Source: Clostridia bacterium (GTDB taxonomy: Bacteria; Bacillota; Clostridia; JAAYHZ01). Taken from it: a DNA stretch of 64,000 nt. Below are positions 1-9,186 of the stretch, piece by piece; the stretch's first letter is position 1, and every line of letters begins with the position of its first letter. The translations under genes and the position numbers were made by a program. The stretch lies in NCBI GenBank assembly GCA_050950825.1, contig JBMNIH010000006.1, positions 96,001 through 160,000 on the forward strand, written 5' to 3'. The notes beneath the pieces are model-generated. The model searched no databases, had not been told where the DNA came from, and saw only the letters and a list, made by a program, of their open reading frames with translations.

Positions 1-2085
1 GGAGGCCTAGGAAGGCTGGCCGCTTGCTTTTTGGACTCCTTGGCTACCCTCGACCTTCCGGGACACGGCTTCGGTTTACGATACCAATACGGGATGTTTA
101 AGCAAAAGATCGTAGACGGATACCAATTGGAAATGCCGGACCTGTGGCTGGAGGACGGAAACGTTTGGGAAATCCCTCGACCCGAAGAACAAAAGGAAGT
201 CCGCTTCGGAGGACGGGTGGTTGAGACCGTGGAAAACGGAAGAACGGTCTACAAGCACACGGACTATATTACCGTTCTTGCGGTACCTTACGATACGCCC
301 ATTGTAGGCTACGGAGCAAAAAGAGTGAATACGCTGAGGCTGTGGAGCGCCAAATCCGCAAAGAATCTGGATATGGGTCTTTTCGGAAGAGGGGACTATT
401 TGAAAGCATCCGCGGAAAAGGAATTGGCGGAGGTCATATCGAAGGTCCTGTACCCGGACGACAACCATTACGAAGGAAAGGCCTTGCGCTTAAAGCAGCA
501 CTATTTCTTCGTATCCGCTTCCGTCCAGTGTATTGTGGAAAATTTCAAAAAGCGATACGGGGATTTCAAGCTGTTCCCCGACAAAGTGGCCATTCATATT
601 AACGACACCCATCCGGCCTTGGCCATTCCCGAATTAATGCGAATTCTGGTGGATGAAGAGGGCTTGGACTGGGATACCGCTTGGGATATCACGGTAAAAA
701 CCTTTGCCTATACCAACCATACCATCATGGGGGAGGCTTTAGAGCGCTGGCCGGAAAACCTTTTCAAAGAGCAGCTTCCTCGAATCCACATGATCGTCCG
801 AGAAATCAATGAAAGGTACTGCAGGTCCTTGTGGAATCATTACCCCGGGCAGTGGGACAAAATCGCCCAAATGGCGATCGTCGCCTACGGGGAAGTGAGG
901 ATGGCCCCTCTTTGCATCGTAGGAAGCCGATCGGTCAACGGGGTATCGCCCCTTCATACAAGCATATTGAAAAACGACGTATTCAAGGAATACAACCGAT
1001 TGGAGCCTCATAAGTTCATCAACATTACCAACGGCATTACCCAAAGAAGATGGCTTTTGCTTTCCAATCCGGAATTGGCTTCTTTGCTGAACGAAACCAT
1101 CGGAGAAAGCTGGGTTACGGAGCCTTGGCGATTGAAGGATTTGGAGCCTTTTGCGGAAGACGCCGCTTTTCGTGAAGCCTATGCAAAGGTGAAAGCGAAT
1201 AACAAGAAGCGCTTGGCAAAATACATTCAAGAGCATAACCGTATCGATGTCGATACCGATTCCATTTTTGACGTTCAGGTAAAGCGCTTGCACGAGTACA
1301 AAAGGCAGCTTTTGAACATCTTGCATATCATGCATTTGTATACGGAGCTTTTGTATAACCCCGGTGCGGATATTCATCCGAGGACCTTTATCTTCGGAGG
1401 CAAGGCATCTCCCGGCTACCATCGAGCCAAATTAATCATTAAGCTCATAAACACGGTAGCGGACAAGATTAATCGAGATAAAAAAATCAGCGAAATATTA
1501 AAAGTCGTATTCCTCGAAGATTACCGCGTGACGCTGGCGGAAAAAATTATACCCGCCGCCGATGTCAGCGAGCAGATATCCACCGCAGGAAAAGAAGCGT
1601 CGGGAACGGGGAACATGAAGTTTATGCTAAACGGTGCATTAACCGTAGGCACCATGGACGGAGCGAATATTGAGATTTACAAGGCCGTAGGAGAGGACAA
1701 CATGTTCATATTCGGTCTTAATGCCGACGAAGTAAAAAGCATGCAAATGCACGGCACCTACGATCCCCAAACCCTTTATCGGGAAAACCATCGAATCAAG
1801 CTGGTTTTGAACCAATTGGTCAACGGCTTTTTGGTACCGGAGGACACTAATCTCTTCGCGGAAATATATCGATCCTTGCTGTACGGAGAGCACGGCAATC
1901 CGGCCGACCCTTATATGGTGTTAGCGGACTTTAAATCTTATGCAAGGACCCAAGAGAAAATCGGCCGGACGTATAAAGACAAGGATGCATGGTTTAAAAA
2001 GGCCGTTATCAATACGGCCAATGCCGGATACTTTTCCAGCGACCGCAGTATTCGTGAGTACAACTCCGCCGTATGGAATCTTTAA
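1..2085 (+). CDS. glgP: glycogen/maltodextrin phosphorylase (5' end outside window)
   Basis: Frame open from base 1 (GGLGRLAACFLDS); motifs NDTHP, QVKRLHEYKRQ and the PLP-lysine motif EASGTGNMK. Confidence 0.95.
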   Translation, partial: GGLGRLAACFLDSLATLDLPGHGFGLRYQYGMFKQKIVDGYQLEMPDLWLEDGNVWEIPRPEEQKEVRFGGRVVETVENGRTVYKHTDYITVLAVPYDTPIVGYGAKRVNTLRLWSAKSAKNLDMGLFGRGDYLKASAEKELAEVISKVLYPDDNHYEGKALRLKQHYFFVSASVQCIVENFKKRYGDFKLFPDKVAIHINDTHPALAIPELMRILVDEEGLDWDTAWDITVKTFAYTNHTIMGEALERWPENLFKEQLPRIHMIVREINERYCRSLWNHYPGQWDKIAQMAIVAYGEVRMAPLCIVGSRSVNGVSPLHTSILKNDVFKEYNRLEPHKFINITNGITQRRWLLLSNPELASLLNETIGESWVTEPWRLKDLEPFAEDAAFREAYAKVKANNKKRLAKYIQEHNRIDVDTDSIFDVQVKRLHEYKRQLLNILHIMHLYTELLYNPGADIHPRTFIFGGKASPGYHRAKLIIKLINTVADKINRDKKISEILKVVFLEDYRVTLAEKIIPAADVSEQISTAGKEASGTGNMKFMLNGALTVGTMDGANIEIYKAVGEDNMFIFGLNADEVKSMQMHGTYDPQTLYRENHRIKLVLNQLVNGFLVPEDTNLFAEIYRSLLYGEHGNPADPYMVLADFKSYARTQEKIGRTYKDKDAWFKKAVINTANAGYFSSDRSIREYNSAVWNL

Positions 2086-2109
2086 CGTAAAATATCCGAG
2101 GATGTGTGT

Positions 2110-3501
2110 ATGAAAAAGATCAAGGTTTTGTATGTTTCGGCAGAATGCTATCCATACGCATACGTCGGGGGATTAGGCGAAGTGGCTGCCTATCTTCCGA
2201 AAGCCTTGTTAAAAAGGCAGGATACGGAAGTCGTAAGAGTGATGCCGGGGCATAAGGAGATCGAAGATAAAAAGATCCTGACCGACTTTCCGGTGCCCAT
2301 GGGAAGAGGTTACGATACTTGTGTTTTGAAAACCGATCCTTCGAACGAGGAGGTCCTTACGTATTTTCTCTGCAACGACCGCTATTTTTACCGAGACAAC
2401 GTATACGGATACGATGACGACGGGTATCGGTTCTTCTTTTTATGCAGTGCCGTCGTCGAAATGCTTCAACACATTCCCTTTCAACCGGACATCATCCATT
2501 TGAACGATTGGCATACGGGGTTTGTACCGCTGCTCTTAAAAAGGAAAAACCTTAACACAAAAACCGTTTTTACAATCCACAACATCATGTATCGAGGATA
2601 TATACCGAAGGAGTATGTAGAAGATCTTATTTCGGAGGAGGAAGCGGTTCTTTTGGGAAGCCCCGGTTATTTGGATTTTATGAAAGCCGCTTTTCTTTAT
2701 TCCGATATGCTTACGGCCGTCAGCCCTCGGTATGCGGAGGATCTGCTAAGAGAAGATATCAGCGGAGATTTAGAGCAATTGATAAAAAGCCGAAAGGACA
2801 AGCCCGTAGGTATCCTAAACGGCATCGACATGAAGGCGTATGATCCTTCCGGTGACGGCGTATTGAAGTTTCCCTATTCTTGGGATTGTTCGGATAACAA
2901 AAAGAAAAATAAAAGGGAGCTGCAAAAAAAGCTTGGTCTTCCGCAAGAAGACGTGCCTTTGGTGTCCATGGTTTCCCGATTGGAACGGTACAAGGGAATT
3001 GACCTTGTGTTAGAGGCCATGGAGATTTTGAAGGACGAGCCCTTCCAATTGGCGGTTTTAGGATCCGGTAACTCCTATTACCAAGGCTTGCTGGCGGAAG
3101 CCGCCCAAAGATATCCCGACAAAGTGCGGGCTTGCTTCGATTATTCTTCGGATTTGGCAAAAGAAATTTATGCCGCAAGCGATTATTATTTCATGCCTTC
3201 GTCCTACGAGCCGTGTGGCATAAGCCAGCTTTATGCCATGCGCTACGGAGCGATTCCTATCGTGAATCCGGAGGGCGGCTTGAAGGATACGGTCTCGGAG
3301 CATCCGGAATTCGGAAACGGATTTTACATGAAAAAACGAGACGGGGAATCCTTAGCGGAGGCCGCAAAAAGAGCTTTTTCCTTGTACGGGACGAAGGAGC
3401 TTGAAAGGATTCGTATAAACGGCATGAAAGCCGATCATTCATGGGATAAAAGCGCGGCACAATACGAAGAACTGTACGCGAAGATGCTTGATATGCTTTA
3501 A
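2110..3501 (+). CDS. glgA: glycogen synthase (GT5) with atypical N-terminal motif
   Basis: HLNDWHTG, TIHN, SRLxxxKG, PSxYEPCGxxQLYAMRYG; canonical KxGG reads YVGG. Confidence 0.85.
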   Translation: MKKIKVLYVSAECYPYAYVGGLGEVAAYLPKALLKRQDTEVVRVMPGHKEIEDKKILTDFPVPMGRGYDTCVLKTDPSNEEVLTYFLCNDRYFYRDNVYGYDDDGYRFFFLCSAVVEMLQHIPFQPDIIHLNDWHTGFVPLLLKRKNLNTKTVFTIHNIMYRGYIPKEYVEDLISEEEAVLLGSPGYLDFMKAAFLYSDMLTAVSPRYAEDLLREDISGDLEQLIKSRKDKPVGILNGIDMKAYDPSGDGVLKFPYSWDCSDNKKKNKRELQKKLGLPQEDVPLVSMVSRLERYKGIDLVLEAMEILKDEPFQLAVLGSGNSYYQGLLAEAAQRYPDKVRACFDYSSDLAKEIYAASDYYFMPSSYEPCGISQLYAMRYGAIPIVNPEGGLKDTVSEHPEFGNGFYMKKRDGESLAEAAKRAFSLYGTKELERIRINGMKADHSWDKSAAQYEELYAKMLDML

Positions 3502-3514
3502 GCCGACGAAATCA

Positions 3515-3565
3515 AAAAAGCCTTTGTAATCCGTATTCCGAGGATTCCAAAGGTTTTTTTATTTT
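3515..3565 (+). terminator. intrinsic terminator after glgA
   Basis: aaaaagcctttg..aatcc / ggatt..caaaggttttttt hairpin with T-run. Confidence 0.6.
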
Positions 3566-3777
3566 CATAATTGCATACGATAACCGCCGTTGCACATAAG
3601 AAATGTGTGCGAACACAGAAAAATCAAAAAGCAAACCTTGCCAAAGATGCGATTTAAAGGCTGATAAATTCTCCCTTTATCCATGGAGTGATAAAAGCGG
3701 AAACAAACTTCCCATAGAAGATCGATTCGTATATAATACCATAAAAACATGAAAGCGAAAGAAAACAGGTGGGTAGG

Positions 3778-5772
3778 ATGGGATGTATAAATGCCGTTCA
3801 CGATACGGGGGATATTCGATACCGTTCTCCTTTCGGCGCGGTACCCGTAAAAAGCGAAGTGAAGCTATCGATATTTGTCGAATCCGAAAAGACGGACAAA
3901 GTGTGGATCCGTTTGTGGAATAACGAGAAGGGAGAAAAAATCATCGAAGCCCTTTCTTCCGAAGACGGCATATGGCAAGGGACCGTTGCCGTTGATACTC
4001 CCGGTGTTTATTGGTACTACTTTATCGTTGTCACGAAAGACGGATGTTTTTATTACAGCAGAAGAAACGACACGGATTTCGGGACGGGCTTTTTGGATTG
4101 TTGCCCTCGTCATTCTTTTCAAATCACGGTGTATGAAGAGTTTTCCGTTCCTTCTTGGTATCGTGAAGGCGTTATGTACCAAATCTTCCCGGATCGGTTT
4201 TATCGAGTCCGGGAAGGTATTCAACCGATTCCATATGACGAAACATTCGATCAAGTGATCTTGGACAATCGTATGTATTTGGTGAATAAGAACGAAGAGG
4301 ATGTTCCTTCTTGTCTTAGAGATCCCTCCACCGGGGATCTTTCCAACCTGGATTATTTCGGAGGTACGTTAAAAGGTATCATTGAAAAGCTCGATTATTT
4401 GCAATCCTTAGGTATTAACATTCTTTATCTGAATCCCGTTTTTGAAGCCTCTTCCAACCACCGTTACAATACCGGCGACTATTTTAAGATCGATCCTTTA
4501 TTAGGGGACGAGACGACCTTTGAGGAATTATGCAGAGAAGGACAGAAAAGAGGCATATCGATTATATTGGACGGTGTTTTCAGCCACACGGGAAGCGACA
4601 GCCGGTATTTTAACAAAGAAGGCCGGTATCCGGAAATAGGGGCGTACCACAGCAAGGATTCGAAATATTATTCTTGGTACCGCTTTGAACGTTATCCCGA
4701 TAAATACGACTGCTGGTGGGGCGTAAAATCCTTACCGAACGTCAACGAAACCGACCCCTCCTACATGGATTTTATCATAAGGAATGAAAAGAGCGTCGTC
4801 AAATATTGGATGGAAAAAGGAGCGAAAGGCTGGCGTTTGGACGTGGCGGACGAATTGCCGGACCTTTTCTTGGAGGAGCTCCGACGTGCGGTGAAAACGA
4901 AGGATAAGGACGCCGTGATTATCGGCGAAGTATGGGAAGATGCATCCAACAAAATCAGCTACGGCAGCCTTCGTTCTTTCCTGTTGGGAAGGCAATTGGA
5001 CTCCGTGATGAATTATCCGTTCCGAGACCGGGTTTTATCCTATCTTACGGGAAAGATAAGCGGAAGGGAGCTTTCTCTTTTCACCATGAATCTTTATCAA
5101 AATTACCCGAAGCAAGCCTTTTTCTCCTGTATGAACCTGTTAGGCACTCACGATGTACCGAGAATAAGGACCCTGTTAGGAGAAGCGCCTTCCGAAGACA
5201 GCCTTGACTGTAACGAAAAAAAGGATTATCGATTAAATCGGGACCAAAAAAAATTGGCGGACAAAAGGCAAGAGCTTGCGGTTATTTTGCAAATGACTTT
5301 TCCCGGAGTCCCCGCCGTTTATTACGGCGACGAAGCCGGTATGGAAGGGTATTCCGATCCTTTTAACCGAGGAGTCTATCCTTGGGGAAGGGAAGATAAG
5401 GACATGATTGAAAAATACAAGAAATGGATACGATTGCGAAACGAAAACCAAGCCCTGAAAAAAGGGGAGTACATTCCTTTGATTCGTATGAAGATAAATT
5501 TTGAAACCCAAGGCGCTTCGGATGTTTTCGGGTTTATTCGAATCATTCGGAATAATCGAGACGCTTTCGGTGAAGAAGCGGAAAACGGTTTTGTGTTGGT
5601 GCTGGTCAACAGGTCGACACAAAAACGGCATACCCTTCGCATTGATTTAAACGAATACCGAGTGAATACACTAAGAAGATATCCGGATCATTTTGAGCAC
5701 GACAAAATAGACGGAGGTGTTTTAACCGTTACATTACCCCCGCTAGGGTATGCCGTTTGGACTGAAGCTTGA
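3778..5772 (+). CDS. GH13 neopullulanase/cyclomaltodextrinase/amylopullulanase-like glycosidase
   Basis: YQIFPDRF, DGVFSH, GWRLDVADE, GEVW, LGTHD, YYGDE; N-terminal CBM-like domain. Confidence 0.9.
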   Translation: MGCINAVHDTGDIRYRSPFGAVPVKSEVKLSIFVESEKTDKVWIRLWNNEKGEKIIEALSSEDGIWQGTVAVDTPGVYWYYFIVVTKDGCFYYSRRNDTDFGTGFLDCCPRHSFQITVYEEFSVPSWYREGVMYQIFPDRFYRVREGIQPIPYDETFDQVILDNRMYLVNKNEEDVPSCLRDPSTGDLSNLDYFGGTLKGIIEKLDYLQSLGINILYLNPVFEASSNHRYNTGDYFKIDPLLGDETTFEELCREGQKRGISIILDGVFSHTGSDSRYFNKEGRYPEIGAYHSKDSKYYSWYRFERYPDKYDCWWGVKSLPNVNETDPSYMDFIIRNEKSVVKYWMEKGAKGWRLDVADELPDLFLEELRRAVKTKDKDAVIIGEVWEDASNKISYGSLRSFLLGRQLDSVMNYPFRDRVLSYLTGKISGRELSLFTMNLYQNYPKQAFFSCMNLLGTHDVPRIRTLLGEAPSEDSLDCNEKKDYRLNRDQKKLADKRQELAVILQMTFPGVPAVYYGDEAGMEGYSDPFNRGVYPWGREDKDMIEKYKKWIRLRNENQALKKGEYIPLIRMKINFETQGASDVFGFIRIIRNNRDAFGEEAENGFVLVLVNRSTQKRHTLRIDLNEYRVNTLRRYPDHFEHDKIDGGVLTVTLPPLGYAVWTEA

Positions 5773-5787
5773 ACGGTCCGTTCCGCA

Positions 5788-6006
5788 TCAGAATTTATTC
5801 TTTCCCTTAAAGCAAGCATCGTTCACGAAATTTTCGCAATTCTCACATGGCATAGGAGAAGTACAAGTATATGACTTGTTGATTTTTGCATGAAGGGTAG
5901 AATCCTGATGCATTTGACACGGGTCCGTCTTTTCAACATTGGTACGATGAAGAGAAAACTTCATGTCAAACTTATCAATGAGTTCATCATTGATTTGATC
6001 GGGCAT
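5788..6006 (-). CDS. small Cys-containing hypothetical protein (72 aa)
   Basis: AAAGGAGA RBS before ATG at 6006; five Cys including CENC. Confidence 0.55.
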   Translation of the reverse strand: MPDQINDELIDKFDMKFSLHRTNVEKTDPCQMHQDSTLHAKINKSYTCTSPMPCENCENFVNDACFKGKNKF

Positions 6007-6148
6007 TTCTATTCTCCTTTCCATGAGGTATGATTCCACATTATTATTATAATAAAAAAACGGGAAAATGAGAATATCACCCTTAAACTATTTTAAAAAA
6101 ACCATAACAGAATTTAATTTCCATTGACGATACCCCTTATTTGCGAAT

Positions 6149-6184
6149 AAAAAAACTCTTCGGTTCTAAGGGGTAGCCGAAGAG
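6149..6184 (-). terminator. intrinsic terminator
   Basis: ctcttcgg/ccgaagag stem with a T7 run on the minus strand. Confidence 0.7.
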
Positions 6185-6371
6185 GTTGGTGTGTAATTAT
6201 ATATATGAAACGGGTGGGGTCCCGTGATGTCAGACATTAAGGGGAGAGTAATTTCCTTAAGGTCTCCTCATATATTTTATATCTATATTAAAAGTGTGTG
6301 CGTGCTAAGGTTAGTAAACGAACATGAGAACGTTCGCTCGTTCGTCATGTCGTCTATTAAGGCCAACCCGA

Positions 6372-6593
6372 TTAGATCATCAGGTTGGTTACGGGCGGCG
6401 CTACCGTTACGCCGGGCATTACAGGAAGCGGTTTCAATCCTACTGCCGTGTATGCGTTATCGACATTCGGCTTTAAGCCCGTTGTGTATTGAATGTTGTT
6501 ATATACATTCACGTTATCTTGAGTCAAGAACAAGACAACATCCGATTTTTCATTCTTTTTCGTTTGCATTTTTTTCAATAAATCTCTTAACAT
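6372..6593 (-). CDS. 73-aa hypothetical protein, tandem paralogue A
   Basis: AGGAGG RBS; 53/73 aa identical (manual alignment) to the 6740-6961 protein, mostly conservative changes. Confidence 0.85.
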   Translation of the reverse strand: MLRDLLKKMQTKKNEKSDVVLFLTQDNVNVYNNIQYTTGLKPNVDNAYTAVGLKPLPVMPGVTVAPPVTNLMI

Positions 6594-6629
6594 TTTTTTC
6601 GCCTCCTTCATCTTTCTTCTACGATTACC

Positions 6630-6683
6630 ATTGTAGTCTATAGGGTTTAAACGTGTATTAAGACCTTGTTAAAAATTTGTTAA
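6630..6683 (-). promoter_or_regulatory. promoter with four direct TTAACA-like hexamers at 11-bp period (Pho-box/OmpR-family type) plus -10 TACAAT
   Basis: minus strand TTAACA-n5-TTAACA-n5-TTAATA-n5-TTAAAC-n9-TACAAT. Confidence 0.75.
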
Positions 6684-6739
6684 TCTTCGCTTTTCTTTTA
6701 CGGAGTCCGGGTTAGCCAAAGAGTCGTTTTTGTTTCGTT

Positions 6740-6961
6740 TTAGTTTCTCAGATTGGTAACCGGCGGTACGACCGTAACTCCGGGCATTATAGGAAGCGGT
6801 TTGTATCCTATAGCCGAATAAGCGTTTTCTGCACTCGGTTTTATATCCGTATTGTAAACGATATTGTTGTACGGATTTACGTTATCTTGGGTCAAGAACA
6901 AGACAACATCCGATTTTTCTTGCTTTTTAATTTGCATCTTCTTAAACAACTCTTTCAACAT
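6740..6961 (-). CDS. 73-aa hypothetical protein, tandem paralogue B
   Basis: GAGGAGG RBS; same length as and clear homology to paralogue A. Confidence 0.85.
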   Translation of the reverse strand: MLKELFKKMQIKKQEKSDVVLFLTQDNVNPYNNIVYNTDIKPSAENAYSAIGYKPLPIMPGVTVVPPVTNLRN

Positions 6962-6997
6962 TTCCTTCGCCTCCTCTTATCTTTTTTCTATGACCAC

Positions 6998-7051
6998 ATT
7001 ATATGTTCAAGTGTTTAAACGCATATTAAAGCATCGTTAAAAATTTGTTAA
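6998..7051 (-). promoter_or_regulatory. second four-repeat Pho-box-like promoter plus -10 TATAAT
   Basis: minus strand TTAACA-n5-TTAACG-n5-TTAATA-n5-TTAAAC-n9-TATAAT. Confidence 0.75.
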
Positions 7052-7145
7052 TCTTTACTTCTAGAGATTCCAAAATATATAGAACCCTTAAATTCACCTA
7101 TGCATAACCTGTAGTAAACATAAATTGATGAAAGGAGGAATATGC

Positions 7146-8552
7146 ATGATCGTCGAATTGACTGCCATGCATTGGATTTACTCGGCATTTATCCTGATCA
7201 TTCTAGGCGTTATGATCGCTCGAAAAGACACTACGCTTCCTTGCATTATCGGGATATTCATCTTAGGTCTGACGGCGACATCGTCACTTTCACAAGCGGT
7301 GATGGGCATTTTTAACGGCCTCATATTCGCCATAGCGGAGCTTTTAGGAACCATTCTGATCATTTCCGTGATAACGGCCATGAGTAAAAGTATGATGACC
7401 GCCGGAATCAACGAAACGATGATACGGCCATTCTCCAAAATGATACGCACGCCGACTTTAGCCTATTGGGTTATCGGTATCTTGATGATGGTGGTATCTT
7501 TGTTCTTCTGGCCTTCTCCTGCGGTTGCATTAATGGGAGCGGTACTGTTGCCGGTAGCGGTTAGAGTCGGTCTTCCGCCAATCGGTGTTGCCATGGCCAT
7601 GAACTTGTTCGGTCACGGAATTGCATTGTCGGGAGACTTTATCATCCAAGGAGCACCGAAGCTGACGTCGGAGGCGGCGGGAATACCCGTGGGCGATGTG
7701 GTTTCCGCAAGTATACCCTTGGTGGTTATCATGGGTATTGTAACGACGGTTTTGGCTTTTTGGTATTTACGGAAGGACATGAAGAAGGGTTTGTTCAAAA
7801 ACGATCTGCAAACCGTCGTTGTGCCTGAAGCTCAGAAGACAAAGAATGAAGACGGGAAAGGCACTCTTTCCTTGGGTTGGAGAAGAGCTTTTGCTATCCT
7901 GATTCCCGTATTGTTCTTGCTGGATATTGTAGCCATGAGCGTGTTAAAGCTCCAAGGCGGAGATGCAACGGCATTGATCGGAGGTACGGCGTTTTTCATT
8001 TTGATTCTGATCTCCATCGTTACCCATAAAAAAGAAAGCCTAGAGAAAATTACGGAGTATACCGTGGAAGGGTTCCATTTCGGCTTCAAAGTCTTCGGGC
8101 CCGTTATTCCGATTGCCGCTTTCTTTTACATGGGAGATGCGGGAATCTACAGCATATTAGGTAACGTTCTGCCGGCTACATCCACCGGGATTGTCAACGA
8201 CTTGGGGATTGCCTTAGCCCATGCGGTGCCCTTGAATACCGTCATTGCGTCGATTACTTCCGCCATCGTAGGAGCCATTACCGGATTGGACGGGTCGGGT
8301 TTCTCCGGCATATCCTTGACGGGATCCATCGCAAAATTGTTCTCGACGGCTATCGGTTACGGAACGGCTACATTGACGGCTTTAGGTCAAGTCGCCGGTA
8401 TTTGGGTAGGAGGAGGAACGTTGATTCCTTGGGCGCTTTTGCCTGCGGCCGCCATTTGTAATGTAAATCCCTTCGAGTTGGCTCGCAGGAACTTAAAACC
8501 TGTGGTAATCGGATTGGTTATTACCACAATTGTCGCCATATTCTTGTTATAA
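7146..8552 (+). CDS. multi-pass membrane permease, substrate unknown
   Basis: about 12 hydrophobic segments; GLDGSGFSG motif; AAAGGAGG RBS before ATG 7146. Confidence 0.75.
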   Translation: MIVELTAMHWIYSAFILIILGVMIARKDTTLPCIIGIFILGLTATSSLSQAVMGIFNGLIFAIAELLGTILIISVITAMSKSMMTAGINETMIRPFSKMIRTPTLAYWVIGILMMVVSLFFWPSPAVALMGAVLLPVAVRVGLPPIGVAMAMNLFGHGIALSGDFIIQGAPKLTSEAAGIPVGDVVSASIPLVVIMGIVTTVLAFWYLRKDMKKGLFKNDLQTVVVPEAQKTKNEDGKGTLSLGWRRAFAILIPVLFLLDIVAMSVLKLQGGDATALIGGTAFFILILISIVTHKKESLEKITEYTVEGFHFGFKVFGPVIPIAAFFYMGDAGIYSILGNVLPATSTGIVNDLGIALAHAVPLNTVIASITSAIVGAITGLDGSGFSGISLTGSIAKLFSTAIGYGTATLTALGQVAGIWVGGGTLIPWALLPAAAICNVNPFELARRNLKPVVIGLVITTIVAIFLL

Positions 8553-8699
8553 ATTCGTTTACGAATAAGATCGAATAATACATAAGAGGCTCTTTACTCT
8601 CGGGAGGGAGCCTTTTTATATTGTCTCGAATGACAGGTTGCAATATTTTCCCTTCTTATGCTATCCTTATATCCAACATATATAAAGGAAAGATAAACA

Positions 8700-9089
8700 A
8701 TGGATTTAACGGAATGTATTCATAACGATTTGTTTGCCAAGCATGTAGGTATCCGACTTGTCGAAACAAAAGAAGGTTATGCAAAGGCGGAAATGGATAT
8801 TCACGAATACCATTTGAACGGAGTGCGAATGGTGCAAGGGGGAGCCATATTTACATTGGCGGATTATGCTTTTGCCGCCGCATCCAATTCTCGAGGGCTG
8901 CTTTGTATCGGTGTCCAAAACAGCATCTCCTATTTTAAGTCCCCTAAGGGAAAAAAGCTGATCGCCGTAGCGAAGGAAGTATCCTACGGACGAAAATTGT
9001 GCAGCTACGTTATCGATGTTACGGATGAAAACAACGAACGTATTGCCCAAATGACCGCTTTAGGGTATTTAAAGCAGCCGAAGGAATAA
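8700..9089 (+). CDS. PaaI-family hotdog thioesterase
   Basis: HLNGxxxVQGGAIFTLADxAFAAASN motif. Confidence 0.88.
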   Translation: MDLTECIHNDLFAKHVGIRLVETKEGYAKAEMDIHEYHLNGVRMVQGGAIFTLADYAFAAASNSRGLLCIGVQNSISYFKSPKGKKLIAVAKEVSYGRKLCSYVIDVTDENNERIAQMTALGYLKQPKE

Positions 9090-9122
9090 AAAAGCTTCCA
9101 TATCGAAAAACCTTTATAAAAT

Positions 9123-9168
9123 AACGAGAAGAAGGCGGCACTTATCTAAAGGCCGCCTTCTTCTCGTT
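9123..9168. terminator. long hairpin between convergent genes (probable bidirectional terminator)
   Basis: aacgagaagaaggcggc / gccgccttcttctcgtt perfect stem. Confidence 0.7.
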
Positions 9169-9186
9169 GCAGGTTATTAAAACACT

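Noticed and set aside
6316-6350. GAAC/GTTC words suggesting a LexA (Cheo) box
   Set aside because: Spacing does not fit GAAC-n4-GTTC; better explained as a hairpin after paralogue A
6224-6643. 139-aa plus-strand ORF
   Set aside because: Antisense shadow of paralogue A; not conserved opposite paralogue B
6372-6961. Tandem peptides as RiPP/bacteriocin precursors
   Set aside because: No double-glycine leader, no Cys, and no modifying enzyme, peptidase or exporter adjacent
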